Assembly (NCBI GenBank): GCA_023213395.1
Contig: CM041465.1
Location: forward strand, 200,329,741 to 200,393,740
Origin: Cycas panzhihuaensis
Lineage: Eukaryota; Plantae; Cycadophyta
DNA length: 64,000 bases
Reading direction: 5' to 3'
Below, piece after piece: positions 40,653 through 53,922 of the stretch; positions within the stretch are counted from its first letter, which is position 1; each line of letters starts with the position of its first letter. The notes below the pieces were generated by a model. It made no database searches and was not told where the DNA came from. It was given only the letters and a program-made list of their open reading frames with translations. The translations under genes and the position numbers were made by a program.

Positions 40653-43600
40653 AATCTTAACTATATTATTATAAGATAATATTATACTTTTACATAAAGA
40701 GATAACTTTAATTCTAATATTACCTTTAATGTTATCTTTAATACAAAAATAAAAAAGATAAAGGATTTAGTATATTGTTCCCTTTTTTATGAAGATTTCA
40801 TTAACTTTTAGTAAATTGTGTAACTTGATAAACTTTTCTTCAGTTAGAAGTTTTTTTAGTATATCAACAACTTATAAATTTATAGGATAATAAGAAATAT
40901 TAATAGTATTATCATTAATAAGGTTTTAAATAAAATATTAATATAATTCAATATGTTAAGTTCAATAATGAGCCACAAGGTTAATGGCAATTACAATATC
41001 TCCTTGATTATCTACATGGATTTGAATAGAAGATGCAAAAGAAAAAAAAATTAACTTCAATTAATAGTGACTTTATCCATAAAGATTATTTACTAGCATT
41101 GACTAATGCATAATATTCTACTTCAGTGGTAGATAAGACAAGAGATTACATCTTTTTACTTACCTAAGTGATAGGTGAAGAGTTAAGAAAGAAAACGTAC
41201 CTAACTATTGATTTTCAATCATTAGTGTCACCCATCTAATTAGAATCAGAATAACCTATTAAATAAAGATTAGAGTTTGAATATTTATAATTTAAGATAT
41301 AATTAAAAATACCTTGAAGATATAACAAGGTACATTTGGCTACCTTCTAGTGCAATTTATGTGGTTGTTACATATACCTATAACATAGAGTAACAACATA
41401 AGAAATATCCAAACAAGTATGGGTTATATAGATGAGACTACTAATAAGTTAATGATATAAGGTTGGACCATAAAAAGGTGTTTGACAAGTAACTAATAAT
41501 TTAACACCTGATTATGATAAGGTAGGAGCTAGTTTAGAATTTTCTATATTGAACCTTTTAATTAGATCAAATACATATTTTGGTTATGATATAGATATTA
41601 TTAAATTAAATTGATAAACTTGTAAGACTAAAAAATAATGGAGAATACCTAAGTTAATCATATTAAACTATTTCATAAGAATAGATTTTAGTTAGAAAAT
41701 GGTAGAAGGTAAGGATCTAGTGATAATGATATCTTTAACACATAAAATTAAAAGAGTGATATTATTATTTTCTCATCTAAAATAAAGATTAGGATCATTA
41801 ACACATTTAACATAACCATTTTTATTAAAATAATTATTTATTTTAGTATACCAAGCTTAAGTGGATTGTTTAAGACCATATAAAGACTTTTTAAGTCTGC
41901 AAATAAGATTAGAATTAGTGACAAAACATGGGGGTTAGGTTATATAGATTCCTTATTCAAGATCAATATTAAAAAAAGTACTTTTAACATCCATTTGATA
42001 GATTTTCTAATGAAATTTACTAGTAAAAAAATAATAATTTTAATAGTGTTTATTTTAGTGACTAGAGTAAAGGTTTCAGTGTAATCAATGCCATCTATTT
42101 GAGAAAATTATTTTAAGACTAGGCAAACTTTATGCTTTTTAATAGCACTTTCAACTTTATACTTTATATAGTAGACTCATTTATAGTCAACTAAATTATT
42201 TCCTAAAGGTAAAGGAATTAAGTCCCATATAAAATTTTTAAGAACAGCCTCATATTCAGCTTGTATGGCTTATTATTATATTAGATTTTGATGAGCTTAC
42301 TGAAATGCACTAGGATTAGTATTAAATATAACTTTGGCCATTGAGGTAAAGTTAGCTTATAGATTTTAAGATCTTATCTTTTTGGTATCTAATGGATTAT
42401 TAGTATTAGTTCTAATAGCTGAAAGAATTTTCTGAACCTATTTAGGTTATCTGCTACTTTGGGGCTAAGTAATAGAAGATGGTACTTTAGATTCATTTAA
42501 GTTAGTTAAAGTCTACTTTTAGACTTATGCTTCAAAATATTTCATAATTTCATTATCAACCTATTTTTTTTATGAATTAAATAAAGTATTGTTAGTTAAA
42601 GTTCCTAAATAAGAAGAGATACTTGGTTAGAATTAGTATTGGATAAAGACCCTTCTTCATCGAATTTGATATCATGCCTGATTAAAATAGTATATGTGAC
42701 TAGATCCAATAAATGATAAGCATTGATTTCTTTATTATTAACAACAAAAATAAACTTTAAACTTTTTTGTTCAAGTTTTTGTTATTTTTCTTTAGGAACA
42801 TGTGCCTAAGCAACACTACTAAAGACTTTTAGGTGTTTAACTAAAGTTTTATAACTAAACTATTTTTTATTTTGACATAATGTTATTTAATACTTTAGTA
42901 GGTAATCTATTTAAAAGATAATTAAAATAGTCTATAACTTCTACCAACATTTTAAATCTAAGCTTTTACCATGAAAAATACATCTAGTCATTTCAACTAG
43001 CATATGATTTTTGTATTCTACAACATTATTCTATTGAGAAGTATAAACAACTGAATATTGTAACCTAATCTATTCATTTTACAGAAAAGTGTAAACTCAT
43101 TAATTAAATATTTTTTAGCATTATCAAACCTAAAAATTTAAATTTTAAAATTAACTTGATTTTCAACTAAAGTTTTAAATTTCAACAAAGATATTAAAAT
43201 TTTCATTATATTTTTTCTACATATATACCCAAGATTTTCTAGAAAAGTCATTAATAAAAATTACAAAATATTTACTACTAGAATATGAAGGTACCTAAAA
43301 GGGACCATATATATTAGAGTGAACAAGTTCAAGCAAATATTTAGCTCAAAGCTTAGGTTGGTAAGGAAAAGGGTCTATGTTTTATTTACCTGAAATGCGG
43401 GCTTCATAAATACCATAAATTATAAAAAATGAAGGAAGACCATAAACCACACCATGTTGAGTTAGAAAATGTAGTTTTCCATAGCTTTTATAGTTAAAAT
43501 ATGCAGGCCATAAATAACTAGTGGGATTAGATTAAGTAATAAAGGAAGTGAATGATTTAGATTTTGTTGAATGCGTTAGGTCTATTAAACTATAAAGACC

Positions 43601-45028
43601 TATCTTGTGATTAATAGGTTTAGAAGTAATTCATTTAAACTTATTAAACGATTATTATATAATAAATATATCTATCTATAATTCAACCACTAAGTTTTTT
43701 TGGTAGATTTTATAGACAAACAACAAGTTATATAATAAAGTAGGAATATAACACACATTATTAATAGAGTTATTTTTTAGAGTAACATCACTTGTTCCTT
43801 CAACCTTAAGTTGGAAACCACTACTAAATGAGATTTCTCTTTAAAATTTATGCCTGAGTGATAGGTAGAAAGATACTCTTAATATCATGTCATATGATAG
43901 GAAACACTAGAATCAACTACCTAGGAAGGTGGTAGTGAGGTGGATGTTATAAAGGCCAAGGTAGAAGTGGTTAGAGAGTTAGGGGATCTTGATTATATCT
44001 CTTTTAAAGCTTTCCACACTTCAAAAGCTAACTTATTTTTGTATACATCTATAGTATATCCATTTTTATGATAATAGGCACAACTAATATTTTAATTATA
44101 ATGTTATTTAGAGATTGTTTTTTTGATATGTTTATTCTAGTGGTGAGTATATATTTTAATTTTTAAAGATTCCTGGATGTTTAAGATTTTGATTATTGTT
44201 ATAATTTGAAAGGAAACTTCTGTATGATTTTTGAGGTTTAGAATTATTATTGTGATTATTTTAATAATGATTTTAGTTTTTAAATTTATTATATAGTTTG
44301 GTATTAGAGAAAAGGGCTTAAAAAGGATCTTCCAAATTTATTATATGAACTTCCAAATTAATATGATATTTTATTAAACCATATATATATAATATAAAAA
44401 ATAATTATTATCACAACAATTCCATCTTCAAATTAAGTATTGTAAGATTAAATTAATAATTATAATATAATGGTGTAATGATTTGTAAATAGACTACAAA
44501 TATGTAATTTTAAATTAAGAAAGAAATGTGGAATTGTCCCTTTAAATACATTTACAATGGCTTAATTTTTAGAAGTACATTTGCAAAGATAAATGTTTAA
44601 AATATAAAGATATAAGCATACTACAATAATTATAATTTATTTGTAAGATTATTTAGTATATGAAATTATATTTATAGAAGTCACATTAATGTTAAATAAC
44701 TAAATGTATTTGTTAAAAGAAAGGGAGTATTTTAATCTAATTAATTCATGAATATTGATGTTTTAATCATCAAAAACTTTAAATAAATTATAATTACTAA
44801 GAAAATATAAAGAAATTTAATAAGTAATATCACATACCTGAAATTACCTTGTAGATGATTCACTACGTTGACTTTGAATTGAAATTATGTTCTTAAAACA
44901 ACTTCGAAATGGTTCAAATGACTAGTCAAGGGGCTATAAACATCAAAAAGAAATTAATTAAAATGAAATCTTTTTGTAAATGTAAAAAAATAACACTCCT
45001 TTTTATATAATGACAAAGTCTGCCACCA

Positions 45029-45046
45029 ATATATATATATATATAG

Positions 45047-45089
<43 letters not shown>
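45029..45089. repeat. (TA)n-(GA)n microsatellite
   Basis: Directly visible. Confidence 0.95.
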
Positions 45090-45091
<2 letters not shown>

Positions 45092-46556
45092 CGCATTAAC
45101 ATAAAGATTACCCTAAATAATTTAGGGTTTTGATAATAACCTTCAATTGTAGGGCTACAATAGTAATACTCTTTATGATATATCTATGGCTATATTACTC
45201 TTTGTGTATGATACATGATGGTCATGTAGCAAATTTTTCAGGTCGAGCATCTTTTGAGGGATCAACCTAGTGTTCTTTAATTCACTAAAAATAAATAGGA
45301 GCAATATTCTATAGAAATAATAGGAGCAAAAAATTATCTAGGTACCCAATAATAATGTCAATGGTAGGGGGAACGGACTTGAACAGAGAGTTGTCAATGG
45401 AGCAACAAAACCATATAAGTGCCAAAATCTACTCCATGCTCAGAATCCCTAACCCCCAATCAAACATCAGCTTGTTATGTTATCTATTGGAATTATCCAA
45501 CAAATCTATAAGAGAATTGTAGGCCCAAGTCTATGATTCATAGTTGAAATTTCAATGGATAAATATCAAGCTACAAGAGATAAATGTCAAGTACACACAA
45601 GCTAAAGGGGAGGCTTTTCTAAATGCTAATGTATTAAGGCAAAATATAACAACACACAAAGAGTTCATATAAGAATATGAACTATTTAGGAGTGATAGAG
45701 ATATATTTGAAGAGGCAATAGTGGAGGCTATGAAATATAAGGCATTAGCAAAGAGTCATGCTATTAAAGTAGAAATATAAGAAAAAGTGGTACTACATCA
45801 CTTAGAGAAGTTGTTATAAATTTCCCCATAAAAAAGAAACTAAAGAAATTAGAATGATTATTTGGAAGAGTTGCTCTAACCCACTATTAGTAACAAATAA
45901 ATAAAGTTGTCATCAATAAGATTATCAAATTATGAGACGGCAACAGAAAACATGGCTAGTCCTTTAGCTAGGTAAGATTTTGCAAAGAATCCTTCTCTTA
46001 AAAAATCATAAGTTCCCAGATCTATACAACCTGTCATGCTGTAACCACATCTTCACTAAGTCACGTAACCCAATGGATTTATCTATTTAACTCGATAATG
46101 ATCAATGTGATGTTGTAAATGGATCAATACCTTATAATATTCTTAATTACAAATACTTTAGGATGTAGTCATAGACCCCTTCTTAGTAGCCTCCTTCCAC
46201 AACCTTGCTCTGATACTATGGTGGAGAGGGAGGAAAATTAAATATCTCAATACACAATTATTCATATGAAGGAGATAACATATAAATAGTTGGGAAACCC
46301 CTTTAGAGGAAGAAAAACTACCTCAAAATAATAGTATAATTATATTATCAACATGCATATTACATCAACTTCTAAGATCTTACATTCCCTCTCTTTTCTT
46401 TACATAATGTGAAAGACAAATACATGTATGTTAAACTAGGTAACAACCCATTTAATGGATTTTTAATAATATCTTTAACAATAATAATAATTCTTAACTA
46501 TATTATTATAGGATAACATTGCAATTTTACATAAAGAGATAGCATTAATTCTAACA

Positions 46557-47420
46557 CCACCTATGTTAGTCTATCACCTCCTATTCCTTCTCCTCCACCC
46601 TAAGGTAGAGGTGGGGTTCCACTTACTAGAACCCTCTCATTTGTATTAGTCTTGTTGTCAAACCAAGCATCATCACATCATAGGGATGAGGAAATAATTG
46701 GTTCCTCATCATCCTATTAAGCTAAGGACTCTAAGGGTTATCTGCAGCTACGTCTTACCTATCATGTACCCAATATCTCATATGCCATCTATTTATCATT
46801 AGATCCATGATGCTCAAAACCCCTAGTTACCTAATTGGCCTCATCAAGGGAATATGATTATAGAGAGAGCATATTAAGATAGATCCATAAGAGAATCCCC
46901 CTCACTCCTACTACCATATCTAAGTGGATTGTTTGTTATACTATTTATAATAATTGGTCTATTTGTGTACTTAACTCATACCATTAAATAATACTTACCC
47001 ACTAAGCTGATAGTACTAGTATCCCTTCTACCTCTCTTATCACCTCCATAGAGATATTATATGTCCCAAATTACCTTACCACTTTAGTCATATAAGCATT
47101 ACATATATGTTGGGCCTCCTTCTCTACCACTCAACTTAATTAGATTCTTAAACCCTACCATCTCATACCAAAGATCCTCCCAACATACCTCAAGGTAATC
47201 TTGATATCCTTGATCCCTTATACTTTAAACATTCACTCTTTAGAAACCCATAAATTGATGAAATCATCAAGTAACTTGTATTCTATGACTAGTTAGATGG
47301 AGTGACTAGACCTCACCAGTCTATGCTACCTCAATATATACTATTCCATAGCTATTAGTGCTACTAGGAAGGGCTCAATTACCCACCCTTCATTCTCTTA
47401 AGTGTCTATCCTCACGATTA
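46557..47420 (-). pseudogene. Second decayed PMD domain ORF (N-terminal part)
   Basis: Minus strand reads YKLLDDFINLWVSKE*MFKV*GIKDIKITLRYVGRIFGMRW*G (~47280-47150) and FSYGSILICSLYNHI (46895-46851). Aligns by eye with the 21295 ORF. Confidence 0.75.
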
Positions 47421-47499
47421 ACAACTAGACATAAAAGATAACTTAAAGTTAATCTTAAAATATGATGAATCTCTAATTCAAATAACTTATTTTTAGTTA

Positions 47500-47730
47500 A
47501 TTCTTATATGAAGTTAAAAATGTGATAAGATAGTTAAAAACATGATGAGCCAATTAAAAATATGATGAGCCAATTAAAAACATAAAAGTTTAGTTTAAAA
47601 TATAATAAACTATTTGAAAATATAATTTCACAAACTATATATTTGTGTTCTTATATTTTTTACTAGTATCTCATATTTTTAATGGGTAGTTCATATTTTT
47701 GGTAAAGTTTGCCTTATTTTTTACTATTAA
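47500..47730. repeat. Degenerate 20-bp tandem repeats (AAAATATGATGAGCCAATTA-like) followed by inverted copies
   Basis: Two near-identical units at 47537-47576, with tcatattttt-type reverse units at 47650-47700. Confidence 0.6.
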
Positions 47731-49499
47731 AAAAAAAAATTGTAGCCAATTTCTTCCTAGATAATAGATAGCCCTCTACATGTTAATCCCCTAATCATAA
47801 TAGTGTTGTCTAAATGTAATTAAGACCATTTAAATCCTCATAATGGTAATCTCAAGGCTAAAAATGGGCTTTGGGACTCCCACTCTCACATATGAAAACG
47901 AATCATAGGAAAATATATATTTATTATAAATATGCCCCCTTTCTTAATAAATGGGCCTTCTAAAGCCTTGTCCATTCTAATGCCTTCACCATACGATCAA
48001 CCTCGTTTCCATGCTCCACCATTTAATTAAGCTTTTATTTTGTATTATGGGGTTCCCCTTTTTCCATTTTCAAGCCCTTATTAATGAGATAATTATGTTG
48101 ATATAGACCTGAAATTAAGCCCATAGATGGATTTCACATAACTTATCTATGCCTATAGTTTATTAAATTTATTTTTATCCCACATCACAAATTTTATATC
48201 CTTTTTGACACTTAGGCCTCTTTTAATTTTCCAAATCTTTGTAGCACTGCTAATGAGGTTAAACTATAGTATACACACCTCTTAAAACAATTGTTAAAGA
48301 GGCTAAACTATGATAATCACTCCTTCGAAAAGCCCCTATTAATGAGATAAAACTATGGTGAATTATCTTATAGTAAGTTGGAACTTAATATATTACTACA
48401 TTATAGGCTTCCCCAAGCCATTCCTATTCTAATCTAATGGGATTTTATCACCATATTAATATACCAAGGATTCATCATCCAATTTTCCCTTTGCCTATAA
48501 CTTAGCAAATAGACCTAGGATGACCAAACTCAACTACACTTGGCCCAAAGGGTAGAATCATCATCATTTATCATCTTGATCTCTACCATTTGCAAGAGCT
48601 TTTGATGTTAATGGGGTAAATATTTCACTATGACTAGCTCCTTTTAGTTTGGTCAGGTTATCATCTTAGTTTATTTCCCTAAGTTTCTTGCTACTTAGAT
48701 TTGCATTCAATTAATCAATATGATTTAGTTAGTTTCTTAGTTATTAGTTTTGCTTTGGCTAATTATTTAATAAAGAAAGGTTTGGTTGGGTTTGTTAAGC
48801 ATTCATCATTTTGTATTATTTATGTGATTTAAATAATTATCAATTATATAACTAATACCTAGGTGTGATTGCGATTTTCTATCAGCTGATAATTGATCTA
48901 ATAATGCATTTTCATAATCTTGTCTAATATTATCCAAGAAGTTACTCCAAGTCTTATATGTTTGATTTCCATTGAAATGTTATCAAACTTATGCTATATT
49001 TTGTTTTAATTTTTACCACTATTTAAAGTTGTTTCTTCTTTATCCAACCTTCATTAAGATCGCCACTACTTAATTAGACTCAACAAATTCACTTTGTTAA
49101 AATTTATTTAAGTTTTCTAAATTTTTTGGCCTTTTAAGATTGTCACATTTTTGGTATTTCGAAAAACATAATAATACAAATAAAATGTGATAGTATCTGA
49201 CATTTTACGTTTTATTTATATTCTTGCATTTTATTTGTACTCTCACATTTTTAGTGTACTCTAGTATATTTTACTAGTATTCTCACAAAATTACTAGAAT
49301 AACATAGAAACCTCTATAATTTTAACTTGACTTTGGCCCAAATTTATAGAGTGGCATTGGCCCATCATCCTTAGCATATTCCCACTAACTTTACCTACCT
49401 CCATATAAGATGTTTTTGATAAAATTAAATAAAACCATGATTTTGGCCTTTCTACTTTTAAAGGAGAGGGAAATTAGTCCTAATAACCAACTTAGGATT

Positions 49500-52295
49500 A
49501 AGTCACATGAGCTACGCATATTGTATTTACATAACATGCAAAAGAGAATAAAGTGAAGAGATTGAATTTATCAGATCCCCAAAGTAAAATATGACTTCAT
49601 TAATCACATAACAATATTACAATACATCAACATTGAACCTCGTATTTACATCAATTTATAATTATAAGAGAGACTTTGAGAATATTAATAATTGATCATG
49701 CAAGGTGATATTTGACACCTTGTATGATCAACTCATGTTCACATTACAATGTGTTATGAGCACAATAGACCCCATATATTTAGTCTCATAACTTTGAGTC
49801 ATAACTTAACAAATTTATGAAACTAATACCCATACAATACACTAATATACTAACATAACTTTGATATTGCAAATATATATTATATTACAAAAGATCAATG
49901 TGAATTAATGAAATCAACATTAATTCTTATATAACCCTCTTTTAATGATGAGTTCATTAATTTTGATATTGAGGTGAAGTTGAAACCTTTCAAATTTATC
50001 ATGAGAAAGTGCCTTCGTAAAGATATGGTTGGCTTGTAGACCAAATTTATCTCACTATCCTAAACATGCTCCCTAATGAAGTGATGGTAAACCTCAATAT
50101 GCTTTGTCCTTATATGGAATACAAGATTCTTGGTTATTTTGAGAATACTTTGATTATCATTGAAGAGTAATACAACTTGTATTTGATTAATACTAAGCTC
50201 TTTAAGAATCCTCCTAAGCTAGATAACCTCAATAACTATACTAATAGCAGCTTGATACTCAACTTTAGTGGAAGATAAAAGTGACATTAGGTTGCTTTTT
50301 ATAGCTCTAGGAAATTGAGGAAGAACCCATGTTAAAACATTAGCTTGAGGTAGATCTATGACTATCTTTATATCTAACCCAATTAACATTTATGTAACCT
50401 ATTAATAAAGGATTATCTATATGATAATAATCAAGTTCAAACTAGAGAGCACCTTAAAGATATCTCAAAATTCTTATAGTTGCTTTCTACTGTGAAGTCT
50501 TGGGTTGAGTCATAAAACATGATTAGATCCTAACTACATATAAAATATTAGATTGAGTATGTGTGAGATAAATTAATTTCCCCACAAGTTATCTATACAA
50601 ATTAAGATCTACAAGTTTACCATGCTTATCAATGTCTAGTTTTAATCTAGTCTCTATAGGAGTTAACAATGCCTTACATTCCTCCATCTTAAAATTCTAA
50701 AGAATTTCTCTTGTATATTTAGGTTGTGAGAGGAAGATATGGCATAGTTGCTACCAAACTTCCATGCAAAGAAAGTAATAAAGCAACTCAAGGTCAGTTA
50801 TCTCAAAATTATTGTTTAATTCTCCTTAGAGGTATGTAATCAACTCATGGAATTACTAGTTATCAACAAATCATCAACATAAAGTATAACTAGAGTGATC
50901 AAATTATCATGGATTCTAATATATAAATTTAGATATAAAAATAAGCATATAGGTCCATGCTTTAAAATTACTTGTTAATTTTTACATGCCAAGCATGAGG
51001 TGATTACTTCAAGTCATAGAAAGCCTTTTTTAGCTTGCAAACTAGGTGTTATTTTCTATGAACAACATAGTTAAGAGGTTGATTTAAGTATATTTTCTCT
51101 TATAAATCAACATTCAAGAAGTCACTTTTATATCTATTTCATAAATAGGCCAACTAAATTGAATTGCTAAAGCTAAGACAAGCCTAATAGTGGTCATGTT
51201 AGCAACTAGTATAAATGTATCCTTATAAATAATACCCTTAATTTATTTGAAACCTTTAGCAACCAAACATGCTTAATGATATTAAATAGAGTTATTTTCA
51301 TAAAATTTTATTTTAAATATCCATTTTCAATCAATAAGTTTATTTCCTTCAAGTAGCTCAACTAGATCCCAAGTGTCATTTTGTAAAATAGAATCCATTT
51401 CCTTATTTATTATTATTTGCCACTTTTGATCTATAATAGCTTCTTCAAAACCGGTAGGTTCAAGATCTAATAACACTTATAGTATTAAGATAAAGTTAAT
51501 GGATGACCTATATTTAGATTTCCTCTTTGTTTATTGCGGTGATGATGGAGTAGAAGAGATCATCTACGGATATTATTTAAGGAGTTATTTTGAAGTGACC
51601 TCATTTTAAACATCTTTCATAGGACTTATGGATGTAGATGTTGAAGTAGAGGCAAGAGGTATAAACAAAGTAAGAGGAGTATATGATGTTAAAAGACATA
51701 ATTATTCTATAGGAACATTTTAAGGAGTAGGAGGTTCTATAAATTAATCATCAAAGAATGAAATCTAAGTGATATCCAAGTCCTAGTTCTCTTTTAAAAA
51801 GATGGCATCCCAAGATGTATACATTTGCTTAGTGGTAGGATTATGTAGTTTGTATGCTTTACAGCCAAGTCAGTAACCAATAAAAATATATTTCCTACTT
51901 TTATCATCTAATATTTTCCTTTGTTCTTTTTGCATAAACATGTATGTTGTGCAACCAAAAGTACACAAATGTAAGACCATAAACTTTTGTCTTGACTAGG
52001 CCTCCTTGAGAGTAATGTTCAATACTACCTTGGTTAAACTTCAGTTTATAAGGTAAATAGTTATATTAAGGGATTTAGTTTAGAATTGAAGTCCTAAATT
52101 CTTAGTGACAATCATGGATTTGCCTTTGCTAATTGAAGTGTAGTTTATTCTCTTAATAACTCCATTTTACTAAGGTATATAAGGGGAAAAAAACTATCAT
52201 TTAATGCCATTATCCTTGCAAAATTGGGTGAATACTCTCTATATATATTTACCTCCATCATCATAGCAAAAGATTTTAATTGGCCTTCTAGATTC
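49500..52295 (-). mobile_element. 3' half of a Ty1/copia element (INT-RT-RH-PPT-3' LTR), interrupted in integrase at 52295
   Basis: LYVDD (reverse complement of 50870-50884), RTKHIEVYHHFIREHV (~50064-50111), PPT (reverse complement ccctctttt, 49935-49943). The left LTR boundary is approximate. Confidence 0.88.
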
Positions 52296-52621
52296 TATTG
52301 GGTGTAATACCTAATTATATAATTATCCCTATTTATACTCTTTTTTAATTTATTTGTATTTTATATTTGAGGTCTCTTTATGTTGTGTGCCATATAGAAA
52401 TGTGTGCTAGCCTACAACATTGACCAATAAGGATTCTCTCATGAGTGGTGAGTTGTACTATAAGTATGCATATCATTCTTCATTCTAACTTGAGGTTTGA
52501 TTATTCTTCTATCTCTTTGTATTAATTTGCATATGTTTAGTGTCTCTTATGCCTTATTACTTTATCATTTACTCACCACATATTCATCATTTGTTATTCA
52601 ATATAAATTTATTTTCTAATA

Positions 52622-52698
52622 TGGTGTCATAGCTTCATCTTTATTTTTCAACATGGTATCAGAGCTATCATCTTAGTTTTCCAACATGGTATTAGAGC
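52622..52698 (+). promoter_or_regulatory. Three tandem tRNA-iMet primer binding sites
   Basis: tggtgtcatagc (52622), tggtatcagagc (52654) and tggtattagagc (52687), each preceded by an LTR-end-like ...aaca/aata. Confidence 0.88.
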
Positions 52699-53709
52699 CC
52701 AAGGTTTAAATCCTATATGGCAATATTTTAGAGCCTATTTTGTTGCAAATTTTTTAGAGCCTTTTCAAGTTGTTTAGGAATTTAATTTTGTACCTAATTA
52801 GTGACCTATTATTTATCCATTTCAAAATTTTCTTTTTAAGATATTTAAGGCTATTTGTTATTACATTTTTATGTATATATTTGGGACTATTTTCTATCAT
52901 ATGAGATTCATTTGAGTCTATTTCATCACTAATTTTAAAATTTTTAAGGGGCTATTTTGAAGCTATTAGAAGGTTATTTTAAAACCTATTAAAAGTTTCC
53001 TTTTGATGTTATTTTTAAAGGTTGTTTAAAGCATGTCTGGAGTTACTATTAAAGGTTATTTTAAAGCTTGGTTTGAAGTTGTTTAAAGGTTATTTAAAAC
53101 CTCTTTAGAGATTTAAAAACTAAAGCTATAAAAATAAAATAAAATAAAATTATATACCTCTTGTGACCATTTTTTTCCTGCATGTGGGCCCATTTTTTAA
53201 TATAAAGGTGTATTATTGAAGGTCAAAAAAATGTTAATTTAAAGCTATTATCTAAAGAAAAAATAAAGGCAGATTTTAACATTAGTTGTAGGCCTAATCA
53301 CCCTACAGATGATGTGAATCTATTATTAAAAAAAAAGATTTTATGGCTTTTTAAGCCTCAATCTAAAGGCTTTTCTAGGTGTCCTATCTCAAGGGTCTAT
53401 TATATTTTGTCCAATTTGTTATGTAGCTGATGAAATTAACTTTGCCATATTTCTACAAAAAGGTTATGTATCTCAAAAGAAAAAGGAGAGAGCATGAATC
53501 TATAAATATATTTATGAAGGAAAAAGAAAAATATATTTAAAAAAGAAGTTAGCGGGGGGGGGGGGGGGGGGTGAAAAAAGCATTAACATGGCATGATATT
53601 CATCTCCACATTTCTATATCTCTATTCCCATATATTTAACAAAGTATACATAGCCATCTTGGTACATGTATAGTGTGGTATGATCACTTACAACATGAGA
53701 ACTATCATA

Positions 53710-53922
53710 TGCAAAAGCTTGGAGAGACTTGAATCCAATTGATAAGGTGGAAAGGATGTTAACACATATGAAATATAAATTTCCTTCTCATTCTCTACCA
53801 GAATTCTTGGTCTGTGTACTTTTAGTGAGGAAAATAAGTGATCTGTATGGGCCTAGAAAAAGAAGTTTTTATCTAATTTAGGAATAGTAAATTAATACAT
53901 TTCACTTATAAAGAGGGTGAAC
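53710..53922 (+). pseudogene. AGO4: AGO4/6/9-clade Argonaute fragment, MID region (5' part)
   Basis: KVERMLTHMKYKFPSHSLPEFLVCVLLVRKISDLYGPRKRSF/LSNLGIVN*YISLIKRVN resembles AGO4 FLLCLLPERKNSDLYGPWKKKNL..LGIVTQCIAP.RVN. One frameshift. Confidence 0.85.

Larger units (their letters stand above)
40329..46556 (-). mobile_element. Full-length decayed Ty1/copia element with LTR pair, PBS and TSD
   Basis: LTRs at 40329-40718 and 46219-46556. TSD CCACC at 40324-40328 and 46557-46561. PBS (reverse complement gctctgatacta) at 46207-46218. YQMDVKS ~41980-42000, integrase ~42660-43400, VDSSVSYHMT ~43890-43918. Confidence 0.9.

Noticed and set aside
40464-40679. Poly-Ile ORF resembling a membrane peptide
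   Set aside because: Product of the (AAT)n expansion inside an LTR.
53554-53571. Poly-G run as a G-quadruplex regulatory element
   Set aside because: A simple homopolymer of uncertain length with no supporting context.
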